Shown piece after piece: positions 27,990 through 38,990 of a DNA stretch of 64,000 nucleotides; position 1 is the first letter of the stretch, and every line of letters starts with the position of its first letter. Location of the stretch: assembly GCA_038247415.1 (NCBI GenBank), contig JBBRUX010000008.1:1-64000 (forward strand). The letters run 5' to 3'. The translations under genes were made by a program, and so were the position numbers. The notes beneath the pieces were generated by a model. That model was not told the origin of the DNA, searched no databases, and saw nothing but the letters and a program-made list of their open reading frames with translations. Origin of the DNA: Chitinivibrionales bacterium. Its GTDB lineage: Bacteria > Fibrobacterota > Chitinivibrionia > Chitinivibrionales > WJKA01.

Positions 27990-29786
27990 TTATGCTAGTT
28001 CGGCATCGCCTTCAACAACAGCAGAATCTTCAGATTCGCTCTCATCAGATTGGTCTTTGTCTTTCTTTTCTTTCTTCTTTACTTCAGAAACAGGATGCGC
28101 AGCAACATAGTCCTGCCATGCAGCATCATTGTCTTTAAAGGATTCGGTAACACTCAGGACAATTTTGCGGCCTTCAAGATCGAATTCGATGACCGATGCA
28201 GGAACCTTATCGCCTACAGTATAAACCTGAGAAGGATGGGTAAGATCCTGTCCAAGCTGTCCAAGAGGAATAAAACCTTCTACATCGGTAGAAAGATTTA
28301 CTACAATACCGCGATCGAGGATTCGCGCAACTTCGCATTCGGTTGCAACACCAACTGCAAACTGTTGTGCAAGATCAGACCAGGGGTCTTCGGTAAGCTG
28401 CTTGACACCAAGGGATATACGACGTTTTTCTTCGTCGACATTAAGAACCTTGACCTCGATAACGTCGTTCTTTTTGAGCAATTCGCCGGGATGGTTGATC
28501 TTTTTGGTCCATGACATATCGGAGATATGAACAAGGCCATCAACACCAACTTTAAGCTCAACAAACGCGCCAAAGGCAGCGATATTGCGAACTTTGCCCT
28601 TAACAATGCTACCGCGAGGAAATTCATCGCGAACATTCTGCCAAGGATCGGGTTCGAGTTGTTTGAAGCCCAGAGAAATCTTCTGGTTTTCTTTGTCGAC
28701 ATTAAGGATAACTGCTTCAACGATGTCGCCAATACCAACAAGCTTCGAAGGATGCTTGATATGTTCGGTCCATGACATTTCGGAAATGTGGATAAGACCT
28801 TCGATCCCACGTTCGAGCTCCATGAAGGCGCCATAGTCGGTAATCGAAACAATTTTTCCACGAACTCGTGCACCAGAAGGAAACTTATCCTCGATGCCTT
28901 TCCAAGGATGTTCGGAGAGCTGTTTGAGACCAAGAGAAATACGCTCTTTGTTTTCGTTAAAGTCGAGAACCTTAACTTTAAGCTTATCGCCAAGCGCAAC
29001 GATTTCGGAAGGATGATTAACACGGCCCCACGACATATCGGTGATATGTAGAAGACCATCAACACCACCAAGGTCGATAAAGGCACCAAAGTCGGTAATA
29101 TTTTTGACGGTACCTTCGCGAACTTGACCTTTTTCGAGTTCGGCAAGAATCTTCTCACGAAGTGCCTGACGAGTTTCTTCGAGCAGAACGCGGCGCGATA
29201 CAACGATATTACGACGAGCCTTGTTTACCTTAATAATACGGAACTGGAACGTCTGGTTAAGGAGCGCATCCATATCGGGGATCTGACGAAGATCGATCTG
29301 GCTACCAGGCAAGAATGCATCGATACCAAAAAGATCGACAACCACACCACCCTTGATACGACGGAGCACGGTACCTTCAACAATTTCCTGATTTTCGTAA
29401 ATCTGGAAAATTTTGTCCCAAACTTTAAGGAAGTCTGCGCGTGATTTTGAAAGGATAATTTGTCCTTCGGCATCTTCTGCAGATTCCAGGAAAACATCAA
29501 TTTCGTCGCCGGCCTTAAAGTTTTCGATACCTTTAAACTCATGACGAGGTATTACACCTTCGGACTTAAAATTAACGTCAACAATAACTTCTTTATCGTT
29601 AATACGAAGAATGCGACCCTTTACAACTTTTCCATCAGCAACAGATGCCAATGAATCGCCATATTCTTCGAGAATTTTTTCTGCTTCGCCAAAGCTATAA
29701 TAGCTTTCTTCGAATTCGGAAAGATCTACTTGATTGCCAGCTGCATCGAGACCAAAAAGTTTTTCGAGATCGGTTTGGGGTGACAT
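27990..29786 (-). CDS. rpsA: 30S ribosomal protein S1
   Basis: Six S1 repeats (FGAFIDLGGVDGLLHITDMSW etc.). Confidence 0.97.
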   Translation of the reverse strand: MSPQTDLEKLFGLDAAGNQVDLSEFEESYYSFGEAEKILEEYGDSLASVADGKVVKGRILRINDKEVIVDVNFKSEGVIPRHEFKGIENFKAGDEIDVFLESAEDAEGQIILSKSRADFLKVWDKIFQIYENQEIVEGTVLRRIKGGVVVDLFGIDAFLPGSQIDLRQIPDMDALLNQTFQFRIIKVNKARRNIVVSRRVLLEETRQALREKILAELEKGQVREGTVKNITDFGAFIDLGGVDGLLHITDMSWGRVNHPSEIVALGDKLKVKVLDFNENKERISLGLKQLSEHPWKGIEDKFPSGARVRGKIVSITDYGAFMELERGIEGLIHISEMSWTEHIKHPSKLVGIGDIVEAVILNVDKENQKISLGFKQLEPDPWQNVRDEFPRGSIVKGKVRNIAAFGAFVELKVGVDGLVHISDMSWTKKINHPGELLKKNDVIEVKVLNVDEEKRRISLGVKQLTEDPWSDLAQQFAVGVATECEVARILDRGIVVNLSTDVEGFIPLGQLGQDLTHPSQVYTVGDKVPASVIEFDLEGRKIVLSVTESFKDNDAAWQDYVAAHPVSEVKKKEKKDKDQSDESESEDSAVVEGDAELA

Positions 29787-29919
29787 GGAGACAGACTCCC
29801 TTATACAATAAAGTGGTTGAGGTGTAAACGAACAATACCAACCGAGGCATTGCTCAAAACAATTATCAAACGCAAAATATAAATCTTCAAGCTCTTTAAA
29901 AGCAATCGAACGCTTAATT

Positions 29920-30585
29920 TTAAAGCTTGTGGTGTGCTCGCGCCATGGTGATGATTGCTTCTACCTGTTCATCAAAAGAAAGGTTGGTTGTATCGAAGAG
30001 GGTAACACCTTCTGCTTGGTAGAGCGGGCTGTTTTCACGCGATGAATCTTTATGGTCACGTACTTCTATTTCGTCGATAAGCTCCGAAAGGGTTTTATGA
30101 ACACCCATTTTTTGAAAGTCGATGAGACGACGCTCTGCTCGTTTTGCAACGGAGGCAGTCATAAAAAGGCGAATGTCTGCTTGAGGAAAAACAACCGTTG
30201 TAACATCGCGCCCTTCGGAAATAAGAGAACTGTTTGCTCCTATTTGTTGCTGTTGGGCAACCAGAGCCTCACGCACGATCGTAGGTTTGCAATAATCAGA
30301 AACATTTTTAGTTACTGAGTCGGAACGGATGGCGCTGGAAACATCTTCTCCGTCTAAAAGGGTTCGAATATCGGGCAATGTTCCAGAAAAATTAATGGTA
30401 GTATCGGCCATCATATCAGCGAGTGCGGGGGTGTCATCGAAATGAATCCCAAGTCTTAAGCATTTAAGCGTGACTGCACGGTACATTGCACCCGTATCCA
30501 GATGCAAAATACCAAGCCGCTGGGCCACCGTTTTGGCAGTGGAGCTTTTTCCCGAACCTGCTGGGCCATCAATTGCAATTATCAT
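29920..30585 (-). CDS. cmk: Cytidylate kinase
   Basis: IAIDGPAGSGKS, LDTGAMYR, EGRD; upstream of rpsA. Confidence 0.96.
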   Translation of the reverse strand: MIIAIDGPAGSGKSSTAKTVAQRLGILHLDTGAMYRAVTLKCLRLGIHFDDTPALADMMADTTINFSGTLPDIRTLLDGEDVSSAIRSDSVTKNVSDYCKPTIVREALVAQQQQIGANSSLISEGRDVTTVVFPQADIRLFMTASVAKRAERRLIDFQKMGVHKTLSELIDEIEVRDHKDSSRENSPLYQAEGVTLFDTTNLSFDEQVEAIITMARAHHKL

Positions 30586-30704
30586 ACATGCCCCTAAAGT
30601 TTAAGCCATACAAAGAAGATTTCAAAATACTTCTGGTGAATTGCGGATTCAATATATTTTATAGCTCTATTATACCGATACCTTCCTTAATGCTAGGAAT
30701 TCCC

Positions 30705-31886
30705 ATGAAACAAAAAAGCTCTTTTTCCTGTATTCGCCACGTGCGCGTTAGTGCTTTGATAGTAGCCCTTTGTGCTTTGGCAGCAGGGGCAAAGTCTCAA
30801 AAAATGGTGATGCATTTTTTTGGTTCTCCAACCTGCGGAGAATGTCTTGAAATAAAGGAAACTCTTTTAAAGCCTTTAGCAAATGAACACGCTGACAAAA
30901 TAGAATTGCGTATCTATGATATCGAAAGTGACACGGGTCTTACCAATGCAATACAATTCGAAAAGATGTATGGTGTCAAGAAAACATTGGCTCAGGAACT
31001 GTTTTTTGCAGATACATTTTTAACAGGTTTCGCCGATATCATGCGCGTAGGCAAACCTCTTTTACTCGATCGCATGAATAACCCCACAACCTGGGATGCA
31101 GTTACCGGAAACCCTGGGGCCAGAGCTCCAAAGAATGTGGAAAAAAAGGATGCTCTGCGACAGCGAATGTCCCAATTTACCTTTTTGGCAATAACCTTGG
31201 CAGGAATTGCAGATGGTATCAATCCGTGTGCAATCGCCACTATGATTTTTCTTATATCCTTCCTCACGGTTCAAAAACGTAAACGCATCGAAATTCTTGT
31301 GGTTGGTATGTCGTTTACCTTCTCGGTATTTGTCACGTACCTGCTTTTGGGTGTTGGTGCCTTTGAGGCCCTAACGTTTCTACAAAAATATCTGTGGATT
31401 TCTAAGGCAATTAAATGGAGCGCGGTTGTTTTTGCAGGGGTCGTGGCGCTCTATTGTTTTTATGATGCCATAATTTTCAGTCGAACCAAAAATGTCAAGG
31501 AAATGAAAAATCAGCTTTCTCCGGCAATTAAAAAACGCATTCATAAAGTGATAAGCGGAAATCTTACCAGTCGATCGCTGGTGCTTGGGTCGCTTGTTAC
31601 GGGTTTTTTGGTAACGCTTTTAGAGGCTGTGTGTACCGGTCAAGTGTATTTGCCCACGATCATTCTCATGACTCGCGAGCATGGTTTGAAACTACAAGGT
31701 TGGCTCTATCTGCTGTTTTACAATTTCCTCTTTGTATTACCGCTGCTTTTGGTTATGATTGGGGCATATTTTGGGCTAACCTGGGAGCGCTTATCTAAGG
31801 TGACGCAAAAGCATCTGACAACTCTCAAAATTGTCCTTGGTATTGTTCTCACTGCTTTGGCCCTGTATCTTGCTTTGTCGCAATAA
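30705..31886 (+). CDS. Thioredoxin-like CxxC domain fused to a CcdA/DsbD-like membrane domain
   Basis: Signal peptide, CGEC, GIADGINPCA, LEAVCTGQVY, multiple TM helices; start chosen at MKQKSS. Confidence 0.75.
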   Translation: MKQKSSFSCIRHVRVSALIVALCALAAGAKSQKMVMHFFGSPTCGECLEIKETLLKPLANEHADKIELRIYDIESDTGLTNAIQFEKMYGVKKTLAQELFFADTFLTGFADIMRVGKPLLLDRMNNPTTWDAVTGNPGARAPKNVEKKDALRQRMSQFTFLAITLAGIADGINPCAIATMIFLISFLTVQKRKRIEILVVGMSFTFSVFVTYLLLGVGAFEALTFLQKYLWISKAIKWSAVVFAGVVALYCFYDAIIFSRTKNVKEMKNQLSPAIKKRIHKVISGNLTSRSLVLGSLVTGFLVTLLEAVCTGQVYLPTIILMTREHGLKLQGWLYLLFYNFLFVLPLLLVMIGAYFGLTWERLSKVTQKHLTTLKIVLGIVLTALALYLALSQ

Positions 31887-31911
31887 TACATTTACACCTA
31901 AGGAGAGATAG

Positions 31912-33744
31912 ATGGCAGATTCGGTAGGGAAAGCATCCAACATCAAGAAAGCAGAAGCGAGAGTTTCTTCTTCTAAGAAACACCCATTCTGGAAAACTCT
32001 CTTTGCATATGCACGTCCATTCCGCGCAAAATTAATTGTTGCTTCTCTGTTCTCATTCATTGTTGGCGGAGCTGTAGCTTTGCAGCCTATGGTTATCAAG
32101 TTTATTGTTGACGAAGGAATAAATAGGCCCCATGCCGATGCCGCGCTTAAATTTAAATGGACACTTATTTATATCGGCATTTTCACGCTCTTAAGCGGCG
32201 TGCGCATTGGATTATGGTCGATAGGATATCGGGGGCTTGTGGTAGCGGTTGAAGGATTTCTCTTTGGAATCAGGTCTCAGTTTTTTCGCCATATCCAGGG
32301 ACTCTGCTTCCGGTTTCATGATGAAGTTTCGAGTGGGGAACTTTACAATTACATTATGGGATCCCCCATACAGTCTATTAAAAATTTTCTTCAGCAGCTT
32401 ACCTTATATCTTCCTTTTCAGATTGTCTCGTGGGCTGTGGGATTTACAACGCTCATGTGGTTCGACTGGAAAATGACACTGCTTATTTTATTTGTGGCAG
32501 GTATTATTATCCTTATAAATCGTAATTCCTATAAACGAATCAAAGTGCTTACCGCCACTTTTATGGAGCAGGAATCTTCGGTTAGTAAATATGTGGCCGA
32601 CATGTTGCGGGGATGCCGCGAAATTAAAATTCATGCAATCGGCGATCGCGTCTCCGATACCTTTGATACGCAAATAGATCGCATTCGATTTGGTTCTACA
32701 AACCTTTCGGTTCAGCAACAACTCGAATATATCAAGCCTGAGGGTATTCAGTATCTTGGAACTGCGGTGATCTACGCGTATGGTGCGTATTCCTGCATTT
32801 ATGGTCATATGACGGTTGGGGAATTGTTTGCATTCATCAGCAGTATGGGGCTTCTTATGGGTCCTGTAATGATGCTCTTCCAGATGAATTTGACAAAAGC
32901 TAATGCTGAGGCTGGCCTGGAACGCATTATGCGCATCCTTGATACCGAAACTACCGTCACTGAGCCAGCTCTCGCAGATCGGCTCATGGTGACTGATAAA
33001 GAACCGGATCATGAAGCGGCAAAAGTACCGGCAATCCAGTTTGTCGATATTTCGTTTGGGTATAAAGATACTGTGGTACTGTCTCATGTCAATTGTACAA
33101 TTTCCAGGGGTACAACGGTGGCGCTTGTGGGCCCCAGCGGCTCGGGTAAGTCTACTTTTATTAGGCTTCTTTTGCGACTCTATGAAGTACAACAGGGAAC
33201 TATTTTTTTTAATGGGCTCGATATTACCCGGTATTCGCAGCAAAGCTTGCGGAGTCATTTTGGAGTAGTATCGCAGGATGTCTTTTTGTTTCAAACCACC
33301 ATTGCAGAAAATGTGCGTGTGGCTCGTCCGGATGCTTCCGCACTGGAAGTTCAGGCTGCAATGGACAAAGCATTTGTCAGCGAATTTGTAGCGAGTTTAC
33401 CGCAAGGAGGCGATACTCCTGTTGGCGAAAATGGATATACCCTCTCTGGAGGGCAAAAGCAACGGATTGCTATTGCACGGGCAATTTTGGGAAATCCTCC
33501 GTTTTATATTTTCGATGAAGCAACCAGCGCCCTAGACAATCAATCTGAACGGCGCATTCAGGATGCTCTAAACGAACTTAAAAAGAGTCACACGGTTATC
33601 ATAATAGCGCATAGGTTATCGACCATTAAGCATGCAGATACCATTTTTGTTTTTGACAAAGGGTCACTGGTGCAGCGTGGAACCTATAGCGAACTTGCTT
33701 CACAAGTCGGATTATTTGAAACGCTTTTAAAAAGCGCAGAATAG
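31912..33744 (+). CDS. ABC exporter, fused permease/ATPase
   Basis: TM domain plus GPSGSGKST, LSGGQKQR, DEATSALD. Confidence 0.93.
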   Translation: MADSVGKASNIKKAEARVSSSKKHPFWKTLFAYARPFRAKLIVASLFSFIVGGAVALQPMVIKFIVDEGINRPHADAALKFKWTLIYIGIFTLLSGVRIGLWSIGYRGLVVAVEGFLFGIRSQFFRHIQGLCFRFHDEVSSGELYNYIMGSPIQSIKNFLQQLTLYLPFQIVSWAVGFTTLMWFDWKMTLLILFVAGIIILINRNSYKRIKVLTATFMEQESSVSKYVADMLRGCREIKIHAIGDRVSDTFDTQIDRIRFGSTNLSVQQQLEYIKPEGIQYLGTAVIYAYGAYSCIYGHMTVGELFAFISSMGLLMGPVMMLFQMNLTKANAEAGLERIMRILDTETTVTEPALADRLMVTDKEPDHEAAKVPAIQFVDISFGYKDTVVLSHVNCTISRGTTVALVGPSGSGKSTFIRLLLRLYEVQQGTIFFNGLDITRYSQQSLRSHFGVVSQDVFLFQTTIAENVRVARPDASALEVQAAMDKAFVSEFVASLPQGGDTPVGENGYTLSGGQKQRIAIARAILGNPPFYIFDEATSALDNQSERRIQDALNELKKSHTVIIIAHRLSTIKHADTIFVFDKGSLVQRGTYSELASQVGLFETLLKSAE

Positions 33745-33752
33745 GGGATTGT

Positions 33753-34847
33753 ATGGGATTATCGGCAGGTATCGTAGGGTTACCAAACGTTGGCAAATCA
33801 ACCATTTTTAATGCGGTATCGTCGGGTAAAGCTGCAGCGGAAAACTATCCGTTTTGCACCATCGAGCCCAATCATGGTGTTGTAGCAGTGCCCGATGCAC
33901 GCCTCGACGAAATAACGCGGCTTATTCCAACACAAAAGGTTATTCCGGCATTTTTGGATATCACCGACATCGCGGGGCTTGTTAAGGGTGCATCCAAAGG
34001 AGAAGGATTAGGAAATCAGTTTTTGGGGCATATAAAAAATGTCGATGCTATTGTCCATGTTGTCAGGTGTTTTGATAACCCGGATATTGTGCACGTAGAA
34101 GGGTCTATCGATCCGCTGCGCGATATTGGCATTATTGAGACCGAACTCATGTATACCGATTTCGATACAGTTACCCGTGCGCTCGAGCGCGCTGTCAAGG
34201 CTGCTAAAACAGGCGACAAAGACGCCAAGACAAAACTTGGTTCCTTAGAGGCTGCACATGCCGCACTCTCGGCTGGTTCACCTGTTAGGCTTATAGATCC
34301 TGAGCTTGCCGACCCAGCACATTTACGAGAACTCTTTTTGCTGTCTGCAAAGCCTGTGCTCTTTGTGGCCAATGTCGATGAAGGTGGCCTTACTCACGAT
34401 AACAAGTATGTAACTGCCTTGCGTGAATTTGCCACAAGCCGCAACGATAGTGTGGTTGTTTTGTGCGGTAAAGTTGAATCAGAAATTGCCCAGCTCGATG
34501 TAACCGAGAGAAAAGAATTTTTAGAGAGCTTGGGGCTTACCGAATCGGGTCTTGATCGGCTTGCAACGCGTGTGTACGATGTTTTGGGACTTGCAACGTT
34601 TTTTACCGCCGGCGCCGACGAAAATCGAGCCTGGACCATAAAAAAAGGCTTTACTGCTGCAAAGGCTGCCGGAACCATTCATACCGACTTCGAAAAGGGT
34701 TTTATTAAGGCAGAAGTGTATACGCTTACCGATTTGAAAACGTATAAAACAGAAGTCGCAATCCGTAATGCCGGAAAAACGCGCCAAGAAGGTCGTGAAT
34801 ATGTTGTTGTTGATGGGGATATAATGTTTTTTAAGTTTAATGTGTAA
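33753..34847 (+). CDS. ychF: Redox-regulated ATPase YchF
   Basis: GIVGLPNVGKST, NYPFCTIEPN, DIAGLV, IHTDFEKGFI. Confidence 0.97.
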   Translation: MGLSAGIVGLPNVGKSTIFNAVSSGKAAAENYPFCTIEPNHGVVAVPDARLDEITRLIPTQKVIPAFLDITDIAGLVKGASKGEGLGNQFLGHIKNVDAIVHVVRCFDNPDIVHVEGSIDPLRDIGIIETELMYTDFDTVTRALERAVKAAKTGDKDAKTKLGSLEAAHAALSAGSPVRLIDPELADPAHLRELFLLSAKPVLFVANVDEGGLTHDNKYVTALREFATSRNDSVVVLCGKVESEIAQLDVTERKEFLESLGLTESGLDRLATRVYDVLGLATFFTAGADENRAWTIKKGFTAAKAAGTIHTDFEKGFIKAEVYTLTDLKTYKTEVAIRNAGKTRQEGREYVVVDGDIMFFKFNV

Positions 34848-34853
34848 AGTAGG

Positions 34854-36074
34854 ATGATCGTGGTAAAACTGTATCGCACTATCTATCGGTGGATTATCTG
34901 GAATTTGGTTTCCCGTACGTTTGTAGCGGTCATGCTATGGCCAAAATTCCGCTTTAAAAAAACTGCCGATAGTCAAAAACTTCCCAAGCCACCCTTTATT
35001 GTTGTAGCAAATCATGGAACATTTTTTGATCCATGGCTTGTGGGTGGCTATAGCAGATATCCGTTTGCCATTATGTGCAACGACGATGCCTTTACTAGTG
35101 GCGGTTTTTCGAAGTGGTATTTAACAAGCATTGGGGCTTTCCCCAAGAAAAAGGGGGCATCCGATTTTAAAGCCATGAAGCGAACGTTGCTAGAATTACA
35201 CAAAGGATACCCTGTTTGCATTTTTCCCGAAGGTCAAACAACATGGGAGGGACCTACCCAGCTCATGTATAAAGGTATCGAAAAAATCATCAAAAAATCG
35301 GGCGTGCCCCTTGTAATGGTGAGAATACGCGGAAATTTTCTTTGTAAACCATGGTGGGCTCACACGCAAAGGCGGGGTGGTGTTCGATTGACTTTTAGTG
35401 TAATGAAGCCTCATGAGCTTGCACAAATGTCGGATGATCAGTTGTTTGTCCATATGCGAGAAACCCTCACCCACAACGATATAACCGATCCTGTGGTTCG
35501 TGCGATTCCTTTTTCTGGCAAAGATATGGCTTTAGGAATAGAGCGGTGTGCCTGGGAGTGCATGTATTGCGGGGCATACGATATGCTCGAGACAATTGGG
35601 AATACTATTTCCTGCATTAGTTGTGGTAAAAGTATTTCTCTGGATGCCTATTGCCATTTGTTTACCGCAGGTGGTACGAAAGCTGTGTACGAAAATCTTT
35701 CTGCATGGATGGCAGCGAGCAGAAACCATGTTCTAGAAAAAATAGCAGGTGCAGAATCACATACACTTTTGTGCTCATCGGAAAAAGTTTTATTACAGAC
35801 ACCTTGTGGCCAGGGGATATTTGCCGATGCCGGTTATGGAACGCTTCAATTGACTAAAGAATCACTCATGTTTGACGATGGCATAAGCAAGCGCGAGATT
35901 CGCGTTGCAGAAATTCGCCATAGCGTAATTCAGAAAAAAGATATCGTCGAAATCGAGAGCACGCACGGAACCCTCAGATATCTATTCTCACATCAAAGTC
36001 CGCTTAAATGGGTATATTTTATCAGGTATCTTGGCGGGTACGAAACATTCGAAAAACAAGGGTTTATTGGCTAA
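34854..36074 (+). CDS. Lysophospholipid acyltransferase (PlsC-like) with C-terminal extension
   Basis: NHGTFFD (HxxxxD), IFPEG, two CxxC pairs in the extension. Confidence 0.85.
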   Translation: MIVVKLYRTIYRWIIWNLVSRTFVAVMLWPKFRFKKTADSQKLPKPPFIVVANHGTFFDPWLVGGYSRYPFAIMCNDDAFTSGGFSKWYLTSIGAFPKKKGASDFKAMKRTLLELHKGYPVCIFPEGQTTWEGPTQLMYKGIEKIIKKSGVPLVMVRIRGNFLCKPWWAHTQRRGGVRLTFSVMKPHELAQMSDDQLFVHMRETLTHNDITDPVVRAIPFSGKDMALGIERCAWECMYCGAYDMLETIGNTISCISCGKSISLDAYCHLFTAGGTKAVYENLSAWMAASRNHVLEKIAGAESHTLLCSSEKVLLQTPCGQGIFADAGYGTLQLTKESLMFDDGISKREIRVAEIRHSVIQKKDIVEIESTHGTLRYLFSHQSPLKWVYFIRYLGGYETFEKQGFIG

Positions 36075-36133
36075 AGAATTGTTTTTGCCGCGTGTCGCGC
36101 AACACTTGCAACGCAAGCCCTTGACAAGTATTA

Positions 36134-36865
36134 TTATCTGCCACGTTGCAGCCGCTCTGCCAGAAATGTTGGTAATCCGCACGAAATAATTTTTTGCTGC
36201 GTAAGGGTATAGTCGTAGCTTACTCTTACAATTTGGATTGTTTGCGCATCGGAATCGTAGATTGCGTATGCAGATCGAGGATCAAAATCGCGGGGTTGTC
36301 CAACGCTTCCTACATTTACTAAATAAAAAAATGCATTCTCGAGATTTATAATTGTATCGCCATGGGCAATGATTTTGTCGCCGTCTTGATAAATGATAGC
36401 AGGCCAATGCGTGTGGCCAATAAAATTAAGTCGGTAAATGATATGATGAAATGCGTTGTATACTTCGCTCTCCGAATCGGGAAATACGTAGCTCCAGTCG
36501 TCTTGGTCGGCGGGGGAGCTGTGGGCGCAGAAAATTTCTCCAATGCTAATGCGCAGCGGAAGTCTCGAAAGAAAATCGAGGGCATCTTCGGTTAAATGTT
36601 TTTTTGTCCATTCCATTGCGGTGAGTGCATAGTAGGTAAATGTTCTTATGTCAACTTTGCCAATTGCAGCATAATCGTGATTGCCCGCAATGCAGTGGGA
36701 CGTATGCGTGCGTACGAGGTCGATACATGCTTGCGGATCGGGATAATATCCCACTATGTCGCCAAGGCACAGGATAGAATCGATGTTTTTAGATTCGATA
36801 TCGCGCAGGACTGCAGTAAGTGCTTCGATGTTTCCGTGGATATCAGAGATGAAAGCCTGACGCAT
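36134..36865 (-). CDS. Calcineurin-like metallophosphoesterase
   Basis: SDIHGN, LGDIVGY, GNHD, GHTH, NVGSVGQPRD. Confidence 0.92.
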   Translation of the reverse strand: MRQAFISDIHGNIEALTAVLRDIESKNIDSILCLGDIVGYYPDPQACIDLVRTHTSHCIAGNHDYAAIGKVDIRTFTYYALTAMEWTKKHLTEDALDFLSRLPLRISIGEIFCAHSSPADQDDWSYVFPDSESEVYNAFHHIIYRLNFIGHTHWPAIIYQDGDKIIAHGDTIINLENAFFYLVNVGSVGQPRDFDPRSAYAIYDSDAQTIQIVRVSYDYTLTQQKIISCGLPTFLAERLQRGR

Positions 36866-36928
36866 GTTTGGTTCCCAGTGGTTGCATGTCTGTGTACTCT
36901 ACCAATCTTAAATTATATTATTTATATT

Positions 36929-37999
36929 ATGCCACAACAATTAGATTCGTCAGATCTTTTGCCCACTGCACCTGTCGACCCCATTCAAAGCTACCGCGCA
37001 AAAGTAGCCCAGCTTAAATCTCGCCTGTTACCAGCAAAGTCTGTGCTTATTGTTGCTCACGATTATCCCGATCCCGATTGCATAGCCGCGGCCTATGGCA
37101 CCATGGAACTTATGCGACATTGGGGCGTGGAGAATGCTGTGATTACCTTTGGAGGATTTGTTGGACGCGCGCAAAACAGGGCTATGATCCGTTTTTTAAA
37201 TATCGAGAGTGTGCCATTTCCCCTCATTGAGCCTACCGATTTCGATCGAATAATCATGGTCGATTGTTTCCCAGGCAGGGGCAATGTTTCTATGAATGAG
37301 GACATTGAGGTAGATGCAGTGCTCGATCATCATCTTGATTCGGCTCCCATCGATGCTCCTTTCTTTTCAGATATTCGCAAAGACCTTGGTGCCACATCCA
37401 CGCTTGTTACGCGCTACCTTATAGAATCTGGCGTGCCAATATCTCCGCGCTTGGCAACAGCGCTCTTTTATGGCATTAAAACCGATACCAGAGATTTAGG
37501 CCGTGACCATCTTACCGAAGATCTCGAATCGTACCGCATGCTCTTTAATCTCATGGATTATAAATTGCTCTCTGCAATAGAAAACCCCGATCGTGATATA
37601 GAATTTTTTCGACTTCTCCATAGCGCTGCAGAATCAGTAATCTGCTACGATACTATTGGGTATATTCACCTAGGAACTATCTCTTCTCCCGATTATGTTG
37701 CAGAAATGGCCGACTTTTTTCATAGGCTCGATCGTATTGAATACATGATCTGTTCTGCAAAGTTTAAAAAATCTATCTACTACTCTATACGTACTAAACA
37801 AGAGTTTACCGCAGGGCCGTCTGCAGAACAAATCGGGCGTATGCTTGGTGGAAGCGGTGGCGGCCACGGAAAAATTGGCGCAGGCCGTATTCCCTTAAAT
37901 GCCCAAACTGCCGAAGAAGGGCTCGATAGTTTTATTGCCGCGTTTAAAGAAATTTTGTCGATTGGCGATATTGAACCAGAACATATTCTTACTCGATAA
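36929..37999 (+). CDS. DHH-family phosphoesterase
   Basis: HDYPDPD, DHH, GIKTDT, GGGH; start chosen at MPQQLD. Confidence 0.88.
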   Translation: MPQQLDSSDLLPTAPVDPIQSYRAKVAQLKSRLLPAKSVLIVAHDYPDPDCIAAAYGTMELMRHWGVENAVITFGGFVGRAQNRAMIRFLNIESVPFPLIEPTDFDRIIMVDCFPGRGNVSMNEDIEVDAVLDHHLDSAPIDAPFFSDIRKDLGATSTLVTRYLIESGVPISPRLATALFYGIKTDTRDLGRDHLTEDLESYRMLFNLMDYKLLSAIENPDRDIEFFRLLHSAAESVICYDTIGYIHLGTISSPDYVAEMADFFHRLDRIEYMICSAKFKKSIYYSIRTKQEFTAGPSAEQIGRMLGGSGGGHGKIGAGRIPLNAQTAEEGLDSFIAAFKEILSIGDIEPEHILTR

Positions 38000-38012
38000 A
38001 GAGGAGTTTTTT

Positions 38013-38858
38013 ATGTGGGATTATTCCGATAAAGTACGAGATCATTATATTAACCCTCGCAATGTAGGTGAAATAGATAAACCCGATGGCATTGGTGAAG
38101 TAGGCAATATCACCTGCGGCGATGCTCTGCGGTTTACTTTTAAGCTCGATGCTTCAAAAAAAGTTATACAAGATGCTAAATTTAAAACATTTGGCTGCGG
38201 CAGTGCAATTGCGGCTGCATCTATGCTTACCGAGCTTGTTATTGGAAAAACACTCGCCGAAGCTGCTGCCATAACAAACAAAGACATAGCCGATGCTTTG
38301 GGTGGTTTACCTAAAGAAAAAATGCATTGTTCAGTTATGGGGCAAGAGGCTTTGGAGGCATCGCTTAATTATTACAAAACAGGCGGTGTCTCAACCGCTC
38401 CCGTCGAGAAAAAAGAGGGTACTGTTGTGTGTACCTGTTTTGGCATTACCGATTTAGAAATCGAAAAAGCAATTCGCGAAAATAATCTTACAACCGTCGA
38501 CGATGTGACTCACTTTACAAAAGCTGGTGGCGGATGCGGTGGTTGTGTCCCCGAAATCGAAAGCATTCTTGCCAAAGTACTTGGCGCGGGAGGTGAGCCT
38601 GCCCTCGGAAAAATCGAACGTCTTACGTTTATCCAAAAGGTTGATAAAATAAGAACCGTTATCGAAACAAAAATAAATCCACTTCTTGCAACCGATGGTG
38701 GCGCATGCGAGCTTTTAGATCTTGAAGGCAATACTGCAATTATAAAGTTTGTTGGTCATTGTGCCGGATGCGCATTGTCGGGAAAAACGCTCATGACCGT
38801 TGTAGAAAAGCAGTTGCAGGATCATGTTTCGGTTGATATATCGGTACGGGAAGGTTGA
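38013..38858 (+). CDS. nifU: Fe-S cluster scaffold NifU (IscU + BFD-like [2Fe-2S] + Nfu domains)
   Basis: MWDYSDKV..CGD..FGCGSA..KMHCS; VCTCF..GGGCGGC; GHCAGC; GAGGAG RBS. Confidence 0.92.
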   Translation: MWDYSDKVRDHYINPRNVGEIDKPDGIGEVGNITCGDALRFTFKLDASKKVIQDAKFKTFGCGSAIAAASMLTELVIGKTLAEAAAITNKDIADALGGLPKEKMHCSVMGQEALEASLNYYKTGGVSTAPVEKKEGTVVCTCFGITDLEIEKAIRENNLTTVDDVTHFTKAGGGCGGCVPEIESILAKVLGAGGEPALGKIERLTFIQKVDKIRTVIETKINPLLATDGGACELLDLEGNTAIIKFVGHCAGCALSGKTLMTVVEKQLQDHVSVDISVREG

Positions 38859-38928
38859 TTTTTCTGATGTCTGAGTTTAGTTCATTACTAGTATAGTGTA
38901 AATAATATGAGGTGGTGTTTTTAGCACG

Positions 38929-38967
38929 AGGGGCTTTCTGGATAGTAATCCTGAAAGCCCCTTTTTT
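38929..38967. terminator. Intrinsic terminator between convergent nifU and pilX-like genes
   Basis: aggggctttc..gaaagcccc followed by a T run. Confidence 0.8.
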
Positions 38968-38990
38968 ATGCAGATTATCAGGTGCATCGG

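Noticed and set aside
28301..29203. 300-aa alternative-frame ORF within rpsA
   Set aside because: Explained by the biased codon usage of a highly expressed gene; no recognisable motifs.
36596..36928. N-terminal extensions of the DHH gene (likewise argS, dnaG, nifU and the CcdA-like ORF in the ORF track)
   Set aside because: They overlap neighbouring genes; downstream starts fit the family N-termini and RBS positions better.
38013..38858. Nitrogen-fixation cluster suggested by nifU
   Set aside because: No nifHDK or nifS nearby; NifU-type scaffolds serve general Fe-S assembly in many anaerobes.
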